Of a DNA stretch of 6,023 bases, positions 1 through 6,023 are shown piece after piece. The notes beneath the pieces are model-generated. The model was not told the origin of the DNA. It saw only the letters and a program-made list of their open reading frames with translations, and did not search any database. Both the position numbers and the translations under genes were made by a program. This DNA is from Octopus sinensis. Taxonomy: Eukaryota. The stretch is taken from contig NW_021829455.1 of NCBI RefSeq assembly GCF_006345805.1, positions 1 to 6,023 of the forward strand, given 5' to 3'. Positions within the stretch are counted from its first letter, which is position 1; the number at the start of each line of letters is the position of its first letter.

Positions 1-243
1 AATGTATAGTTCACCGCGTATGTACTAGCAAAAATGCGTGTGGTGCAACAAACTAGAAAAAATTGTCTTACCACCAGGGAGAACATCTGTGACATGAGTA
101 TAATTTCATCAGAGTGAAAACATGTTCGCTATTTCCAGTAAATATCGGTACTTCGTTGTGCCATATATTTACTTCTTTGTATATTTTTCCCTCACGGGCT
201 ATTCTTTACTGGAAAGCAATACTCTAGTATTGCATTACTAATT

Positions 244-273
244 TATATATATATATATATATATATATTTATG

Positions 274-316
<43 letters not shown>

Positions 317-329
317 TATATATTTATAT
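244..329. repeat. (TA)n microsatellite, imperfect
   Basis: Direct reading: long TA dinucleotide run with a few TATG/TTTA interruptions. Confidence 0.97.
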
Positions 330-698
330 AAATATTAGTTATCGCCATACTAATATGGCATTCTTATAAAAATAAGAAAAAAGCTGACCGCTTATTAGCT
401 CCATGAGGCCATCGCCTTAAGTTAGCTATTTGATACACGATCTGTATCCATATAACCTTTGAACAAGGGAGGTCAGTCGCTCCACACTACTTGGCCGGCA
501 GCTACAGACGCGTTTCGGGGTTTGCCCCTTTTCAATGCAGCGTAGCCAAACCAGTAGGTGTCGCTTCCGACAATCTCTGTTCAAAGGTTTTATTTACCTA
601 GCTTCGGTGGAATACATCCACTTGTTTTCAATAATAGAAATATTAAAATTACTAAGTCTCTCTAAAAGAGAACAACGGCAGCGTTCCCGGAAAATATT
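330..698 (-). repeat. Inverted monomer copy (362-nt unit plus 7-nt terminal redundancy AAATATT)
   Basis: The reverse complement of 330-698 matches 1010-1378 except for two 1-nt indels. AAATATT occurs at 330-336 and 692-698. Confidence 0.95.
491..549 (-). ncRNA. Type I hammerhead ribozyme, copy 1 (U3-A8 core variant, loop II CAAA)
   Basis: The minus strand reads GCTGCA-TTGAAAA-GGGG-CAAA-CCCC-GAA-ACGCGT-C-TGTAGC. Predicted cleavage is after GUC, between 507 and 506. Confidence 0.82.
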
Positions 699-795
699 TT
701 AATATTTCTATCATTGAAAACAAGTGGATGTATTCCACCGAAGCTAGGTAAATAAAACCTTTGAACAGAGATTGTCGGAAGCGACACCTACTGGT

Positions 796-855
796 TTGGC
801 TACGCTGCATTGAAAAGGGGCAATACCCCGAAACGCGTCTGTAGCTGCCGGCCAA
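796..855 (+). ncRNA. Type I hammerhead ribozyme, copy 2 (U3-A8 core variant)
   Basis: Stem I is GCTGCA 804-809 / TGTAGC 840-845, extended by TTGGC 796-800 / GCCAA 851-855. Core TTGAAAA is 810-816. Stem II is GGGG 817-820 / CCCC 826-829 with loop CAATA. GAA is 830-832. Stem III is the palindrome ACGCGT 833-838. C17 is 839 and predicted cleavage is 839/840. Confidence 0.85.
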
Positions 856-1158
856 GTAGTGTGGAGCGACTGACCTCCCTTGTTCAAAGGTTATATGGAT
901 ACAGATCGTGTATCAAATAGCTAACTTAAGGCGATGGCCTCATGGAGCTAATAAGCGGTCAGCTTTTTTCTTATTTTTATAAGAATGCCATATTAGTATG
1001 GCGATAACTAATATTTTCCGGGAACGCTGCCGTTGTTCTCTTTTAGAGAGACTTAGTAATTTTAATATTTCTATTATTGAAAACAAGTGGATGTATTCCA
1101 CCGAAGCTAGGTAAATAAAACCTTTGAACAGAGATTGTCGGAAGCGACACCTACTGGT

Positions 1159-1217
1159 TTGGCTACGCTGCATTGAAAAGGGGCAATACCCCGAAACGCG
1201 TCTGTAGCTGCCGGCAA
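1159..1217 (+). ncRNA. Type I hammerhead ribozyme, copy 3 (U3-A8 core variant)
   Basis: Same core as copy 2, shifted by 363 nt (TTGAAAA 1173-1179, ACGCGT 1196-1201). Predicted cleavage is 1202/1203. A 1-nt deletion (CCGGCAAG versus CCGGCCAAG) weakens distal stem I. Confidence 0.82.
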
Positions 1218-1439
1218 GTAGTGTGGAGCGACTGACCTCCCTTGTTCAAAGGTTATATGGATACAGATCGTGTATCAAATAGCTAACTTAAGGCGATGGC
1301 CTCATGGAGCTAATAAGCGGTCAGCTTTTTTCTTATTTTTATAAGAATGCCATATTAGTATGGCGATAACTAATATTTTCCGGGAACGCTGCCGTTGTTC
1401 TCTTTTAGAGAGACTTAGTAATTTTAATATTTCTATTAT

Positions 1440-1460
1440 ATTTATTATATATTTTATATA

Positions 1461-1501
<41 letters not shown>

Positions 1502-1510
1502 ATGTATATC

Positions 1511-1584
<74 letters not shown>

Positions 1585-1597
1585 TATATAATATATG

Positions 1598-1628
<31 letters not shown>

Positions 1629-1696
1629 GTATATATATAATATATATATATAATATATATATATATATACATATATACATATATGTATATATATAT
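1440..1696. repeat. (TA)n microsatellite, imperfect (TATG/TATC/TAA interruptions)
   Basis: Direct reading. The Ile/Tyr-repeat ORFs in the track come from this tract. Confidence 0.97.
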
Positions 1697-1741
1697 ATCA
1701 TCATCATCATCGTTTAGCGTCTGCTTTCCATGCTAGCATGG
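1697..1741 (-). other. LINE 3' terminus: 14-bp palindrome CCATGCTAGCATGG (1728-1741) followed by a (GAT)5 tail (1711-1697)
   Basis: Seen directly. A terminal stem-loop plus a short tandem-repeat tail is the known pattern for RTE-type 3' ends. Confidence 0.85.
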
Positions 1742-1859
1742 GTTGGACGGTTCAACTGGGGTCCGGGAAGCCAGAAGGCTGCACCAGGCCCAGTTTGATC
1801 TGGCAATGTTTCTACGGCTGGATGCCCTTCCTGACGCCAACCACTCCATGAGTGTAGTG

Positions 1860-2194
1860 GGTGCTTTTTATGTGCCACCGGCACGGGGGCCAGGCGAGGC
1901 TGGCAACGGCCATGATCGGATGGTGCATTTTACGTGCCACCGGCACAGGGGCCAGAGAAGGCTGGCAACTGCCTCGAATGGATGGTGCTTTTTACGTGCC
2001 ACCGGCACGAGGCTAGTCTGGGCGGCGCTGGCAACGGCCACGAACGGATGGTGCTTTTTACGTGCCGGGGGCCAGGCGAGGCTGGCAACGGCCACGAACG
2101 GATGGTGCTGTTTACATGCCACCAGCACGAGGCCAGTCGGGGCGGTGCTGGCAACGCCCACGTTCGGATGGTTCTCTTACATGCCACTGGCACT
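1860..2194. repeat. GC-rich degenerate tandem array in the LINE 3' UTR (units of 62, 62, 66, 54 and 66 nt plus a partial unit)
   Basis: The anchor GGTGC(T/A)TTTTA(C/T)GTGCC and its variants start at 1860, 1922, 1984, 2050, 2104 and 2170. Confidence 0.9.
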
Positions 2195-2901
2195 GGTAGC
2201 TCAGCTGCAATTTCCATTGATTGATTTCGATTCTGATTTCACTTGCCTCAACAGGTCTTCACAAGTAGAATTTTTGTGTCCCAAGGAGGGAAGGTATGCA
2301 TAAGTGGGCTGGCTACATCCCATGTAGAAGGCCATGGGTTATGGTCTCACTTGTCCTGCCGGGTCTTCTCACGCATAGCATACTTCCAGAGGTCTCGGTC
2401 TCTAGTCATTTCCTCAGTGAGACCTAAAGTTTAAAGGTCGTGCTTCACCACCTTGTCCCAGGTTTTCCTGGGTCTGCCTCTTCCACAGGTTCCCTCAACA
2501 GCTAGGGTGTGGCAGTTTTTCACACGACTATCTTCATTCATTCTCGCCACATGTCCATACCAGCGCAATCTCTCTGGCACACCACATCTGATGCTTCTTA
2601 GGTTCAACTTTTCTCTCAAGGTACTTACACTCTGTTGAGTATGAATACTGACATTACACATCCATCGGAGCATACTGGCTTCATTTCTTGCAAGCTTACG
2701 CATATCCTCAGCAGTCACAGCCCATGTTTCACTGCCATGTAGCATGGCTGTTCGTACACACACGTCATACAGTCTGCCTTTTACTCTGAGCGAGAGGCCT
2801 TTTGTCACCAGCAGAGGTAAGAGCTCTCTGAACTTTGCCCAAGCTATTCTTACTCTAGAAGTTACACTTTCAGCACACCCGCCCCCGCTGCTGACTTGGT
2901 C

Positions 2902-3950
2902 ACCTAGGTAACGGAAGCTATCAACTATTTCTAGTTTTTCTCCCTGGAAAGTGACAGAAGTTGGTCTCAGAGCATTTTCAGTGTTTATTGTTCCTGAGCA
3001 TCTGCCACATACACAAACTATCTTCCTAGTTAGCCTTCCTTTGACATTGCTGCACCTCTTATGTGTCCATAGCTTACACTTGGTGCATCTTATAGAGTTT
3101 CTACCTACACCTTTTCTACAGATCGAGCAAGGCCATCTACCTGAAGGCGTTTGTGAGTTGTCTACCTTCCTACTTATTAGGACTTTGGTTTTAGCCAGAT
3201 TGACTCTAAGGCCCTTCGATTCTAATCCTTGCTTCCACACCTGAAACTTCTCCTCCAGTTCTGATAGTGACTCAGCAATTAGAGCAAGGTCATCAGCATA
3301 TAGAAGCTCCCAAGGGCATCCTCTCTTGAATTCCTCTGTTATTGCCTGGAGGACTATGATAAATAGGAGGGGGCTGAGTACTGAGCCTTGGTGGACCCCT
3401 ACCTCTACCCGGAATTCTTCACTGTACTCGTTGCAACCCTCACCTTACTAGCAGTGTCCCTGTACATGGCTCACACAGCTCTCACTAACCATTCATCTAT
3501 CCCTAGTTTCCTCATTGCCCACCAGATAAGGGATCGGGGGACCCTGTCGAAGGCTTTCTCCATGTCAACAAAAGCCAGGTACAGGGGCTTATCTTTGGCT
3601 AGGTATTTCTCCTGCAGCTGCCTTACCAGGAATACAGCATCAGTGGTACTTTTCCCTGGCACGAACCCAAACTGCATCTCATCTAAACTAACTCTCTCTC
3701 TAATTAGTTGGGCTATGACCCTCTCCATAACCTTCATTACCTGATCCAACAGCTTGATACCTCTGTAATTATTTGTATCTAGGGCGTCACCTTTACCTTT
3801 GTAGCAGTTGACTATTATGCTGCTACACCAGTCATTGGGTATGACTCCTTCGTGTATCACCTGATTAACTATACGGGTGACTAGGCTCTAGCCAACACTA
3901 CCAGATATTTTGAGCATCTCTGCAGTGATTCCTGATGGGCCTGGGGCTTT
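2902..3950 (-). pseudogene. Non-LTR reverse transcriptase domain of the LINE
   Basis: Motifs KAPGPSGI, NYRGIKLL, QFGFVPGKSTTDA, FVDMEKAFDRV, QGSVLSP (3390-3370), YADD (3300-3289), GLRVNLAKTK and FRYLG. Confidence 0.95.
2998..3129 (-). other. PHD-type C4HC3 zinc finger inserted within the RT C-terminal region
   Basis: C-x2-C-x10-C-x2-C-x4-H-x2-C-x14-C-x2-C (CSIC...CTKC...H..C...CGRC) lies between GLRVNLAKTK and FRYLG. Confidence 0.75.
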
Positions 3951-4646
3951 CCCTGTCTTCATGCTTCTACTTGCCTTAACTACCAAGGAACTGTCAACTC
4001 GGATAGCTGATCCCTCTGTTGGGTCAACATTCGGCAGACTCTCTTTATCCCATTCATTTTCTTTATTCAGCAACCTTTCATAGTGGCGTCTCCAAACCTC
4101 TCTCTTTGCATCCTCATTTAGCGCAATTAAACCATCTTCCATGCGAACATACTTCTCTCCTACCACATCACTTCTCTCTCTCACACACTGTCTTGCAACG
4201 CGAAATACCTCCAGTCTTTGGTCCTCACGGCGCAGAACATTGGCAAGTTTTTTCTTATCCGCTTCCCCTCTGGCTAAATAAACCTGTCTCCTAGCTTCCC
4301 TTTTGGCAGTCTGATACAATTCCCTGCTACCACCATTCTTCCAGTCCTTCCAAGTCTGTCTCTTTTCTCTAACAGCCCTGTCTACAACCCTGTTCCACCA
4401 CCACGTTACCTTGGGATGAGAGGGGACTTTGCACCAGCCACAGATCTGGTCAGTGGCTCTCAGCAGGTTGTCCCTTAGAAACGTCCAGTTTTCTTCTACC
4501 CCATGTGATACTCTATCCCCTTCTACTTCGTCAAAGGCTTCAAGCAGCATGTTCCTAAATCTCTGTCCATTCGCAGGATCTTTAAGCTTCCAGATCCTTC
4601 TTCTCCATGCTGGTCATCTTCTGGTTGTCCTCCGAGTCCTGATCCT

Positions 4647-5345
4647 AAAGTCACTAACTACCAGTCTATGTTGTGGGGTACATTCTTCGCCTGGGAAGGT
4701 TTTGGCATTTATAAGCAGCCATCTCTCCCTTTGCCTGGCAAGGATGTAGTCAATTTGGCTGGTATGTTGGCCCGATTGGTAGGTGACTAGGTGGCTGGTA
4801 GGTTTCCTGAAGTTAGTGTTGCAAATCATAAGATTATTTGCATCGCAGAACTCCAGCAGCCTGGTTCCCTCCTTGTTGCAGGAACCATAGCCATAGCCTC
4901 CATGTACGCCATGGAAGCCCCCAGCATGTCGTCCAACGTGACCATTGAAGTCACCAGCCACAAAGAGAAGGTCTCTGTCGTTTGTCAACGAGGTAGTCTG
5001 CAGTAGAGTGTCATAGAATCGGTCTTTCTGTCCATCAGGTAGCCCCAACTGAGGAGCATAGGCCGATATAATGGTTGCTAAACTATGATGAAGCACTAAT
5101 CAAATCTTAAGTATTCTGTCACATACTCTGATTACCTCAATTACTTTATCTACCCATTTCTCAGCGATAAGTATACCCACGCCTCCAACCCCGTCAGTGT
5201 TCCCTGCCCAGAAAATCTTGTACCTGAGTTCCTTGCCTGTGAGGAACCTTACTTCTTGCATGCAACATATATCCACACATCTCCGTTCAAGCATCTCGAC
5301 TATCTCGCCAGACCTACCTTTCAGTGTGCCAATGTTGAGGGTGCT
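4647..5345 (-). pseudogene. Apurinic/apyrimidinic-like endonuclease (APE) domain of the LINE
   Basis: Motifs TLNIGTL, DICCMQE, SAYAP, GDFNGHVG, SQIDYIL and QHRLVV appear in the canonical order. Confidence 0.92.
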
Positions 5346-5790
5346 AATCCTGAGGGTGTGGGAGGTATGGGCCCTAGAGACCCTGGGACAGTTGACAGTA
5401 GCTTCATGTACCTGAAAAGAAAGCTCGCATTTGACAGAATTCATGTGCAAGTAATACAGTAGCCTTCAGTTCAACCTGCATAACACTAGCCTTTCATATT
5501 TTGCTCTGTATGAACATTACCTTACAAAGGTCGAGACTAGGGGTAGGGATGGTGAAAGAGCATTTGCAGTCTTCATGGAAGCAACCCCGGGATGGCAAGA
5601 ATAGGAACTTCCGGAATGTGTGGAGGGGTGGGAGGGCGGCTGCACCATAAACTAGGAAGAGGTTCCGTTAATCGTGTGAGCAAGAAAGTAGGTTGAAAAA
5701 ATCTGAAAAGTGAGATTTTTAGGGGGAAGATAAGTGGCTATGAACTGTGGGAGCAAAGCAGGAGAACAAGAACTAAAAGAAAAACATATT

Positions 5791-6023
5791 TGAGCTAGAC
5801 AGAGTAATGAGAGAATACTGAAAGAATAATTTAGATGAATGGGATGTTACTGAGCTAGACAGAGTAATGAGAGAATACTGAGAGAATAATTTAGATGAAT
5901 GGGATGTTACTGAGCTAGACAGAGTAATGAGAGAATACTGAAAGAATAATTTAGATGAATGGGATGTTACTGAGCTAGACAGAGTAATGAGAGAATACTG
6001 AAAGAATAATTTAGATGAATGGG
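5791..6023. repeat. 60-bp minisatellite, at least 3.9 copies, runs off the window
   Basis: The unit TGAGCTAGACAGAGTAATGAGAGAATACTGAAAGAATAATTTAGATGAATGGGATGTTAC starts at 5791, 5851, 5911 and 5971. There is one A>G variant, at 5882. Confidence 0.97.

Larger units (their letters stand above)
330..1439. mobile_element. Hammerhead-ribozyme-bearing non-coding repeat element (non-LTR retrozyme-like or non-autonomous Penelope-type): one inverted plus two direct 362/363-nt monomers
   Basis: Three copies differ at only three sites. Each has a type I hammerhead fold. (TA)n lies on both sides and no credible ORF is present. The class assignment rests on known metazoan retrozymes (tandem ~170-400-nt units with type I hammerheads) and Penelope pseudo-LTR hammerheads. 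Confidence 0.8.
696..1439 (+). repeat. Direct tandem dimer of the monomer (363 + 362 nt plus 19-nt redundancy)
   Basis: ATTTTAATATTTCTA starts at 696, 1059 and 1421. CAAGTGGATG starts at 721 and 1084. Confidence 0.96.
2347..5444 (-). pseudogene. Disrupted LINE APE-RT polyprotein (about 1030 codons when repaired)
   Basis: The track ORFs 5100-5450, 4614-5096, 3888-4550 and 3471-3860 are in one frame, separated by single stops at 5100-5102, 4614-4616 and 3888-3890. A fourth stop is at 3471-3473. A 1-nt deletion near 3433 (KVRV[G]NEYSEEF) shifts into the frame carrying GVHQGSVLSPLLF, YADD and ORF 2431-3240. A fifth stop is at 2431-2433. The frame then continues TLGLTEEMTRDRDLWKYAMREKTRQDK to TGA at 2349-2347. 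Confidence 0.93.
1697..5790 (-). mobile_element. RTE-clade non-LTR retrotransposon (LINE), near full length, inactivated. The 5' boundary is uncertain and may lie beyond the window.
   Basis: One long APE+RT reading frame and no large ORF1. The 3' end is a palindrome plus a (GAT)5 tail, typical of RTE short-repeat tails. The 3' end at 1697 is clear and the 5' end is not. Confidence 0.9.

Noticed and set aside
106-112. Canonical CTGATGA on the minus strand
   Set aside because: There is no downstream stem II plus GAAA within the window, so it is a chance 7-mer.
72-208. Possible host exon on the minus strand (TTTCCAG acceptor at 209, GTAAG donor at 71)
   Set aside because: All three frames between these sites contain a stop. 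A ~45-codon open stretch exists but has no good acceptor and no recognisable motif.
132-241. 11-bp inverted repeat (132-142 / 205-215) and hairpin GCAATACT/AGTATTGC (216-233) followed by CTAA, resembling a Helitron or MITE end
   Set aside because: The hairpin is AT-rich and only 4 nt from CTAA, with no matching 5' end or second copy. Evidence is insufficient.
714-750. Second hammerhead-like string TTGAAAA-CAA-GTGGA/TCCAC-C-GAAG in each monomer
   Set aside because: Extra bases flank stem II, it has GAAG instead of GAAA, and there is no NUH triplet or convincing stems I and III. At most it is a degenerate relic.
652-1173. Two similar 67- and 77-aa minus-strand ORFs (MQRSQTSRCRF...)
   Set aside because: They are antisense to the ribozyme strand, similar only because the DNA is repeated, and have no recognisable motif.
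315-1470. 16-nt TATATATATTTATATA at 315-330 and 1455-1470 as a target-site duplication of the hammerhead element
   Set aside because: It is low complexity and the right copy is about 15 nt away from the element end, so it cannot be distinguished from chance in (TA)n.
1360-1710. Ile/Tyr-rich ORFs in the track (1360-1578, 1454-1672, 1510-1710)
   Set aside because: They are translations of the (TA)n microsatellite, which lacks stops in several frames.
1697-5444. The neighbouring RTE LINE as the mobiliser of the hammerhead element
   Set aside because: The monomer shares no 3' tail with the LINE (no (GAT)n, no CCATGCTAGCATGG) and this LINE copy is dead. Adjacency is explained well enough by the shared (TA)n site.
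1743-5462. Plus-strand ORFs over the LINE and ORFs over the 3' UTR array
   Set aside because: They are shadow ORFs antisense to the APE-RT frame, or products of a GC-rich, stop-poor repeat.
5460-5790. HDV-like ribozyme in the RTE 5' UTR, known from some RTE elements
   Set aside because: I could not build the nested double pseudoknot (P1, P1.1, P2, P3, P4) by eye. It needs a descriptor search, and the real 5' end may be outside the window.
1860-6023. CRISPR array, or a bacterial retron or group II intron interpretation of the RT and repeats
   Set aside because: The repeats have no unique spacers, and an RT fused to an APE domain with a (GAT)n tail is a eukaryotic non-LTR retrotransposon.

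Overview
Eukaryotic, AT-rich, repeat-derived DNA with no intact gene. The (TA)n tracts and the RTE 3' end look invertebrate, possibly mollusc or cephalopod, but that is from memory and unverified. Two elements sit in or next to a (TA)n microsatellite. (1) 330-1439 is a non-coding element of three near-identical 362/363-nt monomers: one inverted copy (330-698) followed by two direct tandem copies (696-1439). Each monomer carries a type I hammerhead ribozyme with a non-canonical U3-A8 core (UUGAAAA...GAAA-CGCG-UC) and a palindromic minimal stem III. This resembles a non-LTR retrozyme or a non-autonomous Penelope-type element and could release a 363-nt self-cleaved, possibly circular, RNA. This is the main finding. 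(2) 1697 to about 5790 (minus strand) is a near-full-length but inactivated RTE-clade LINE. It has an APE endonuclease and a reverse transcriptase with a PHD-type C4HC3 finger inserted in the RT, five in-frame stops and one frameshift. Its ~650-nt 3' UTR holds a GC-rich tandem array and ends in a (GAT)5 tail. A 60-bp minisatellite runs off the right edge.
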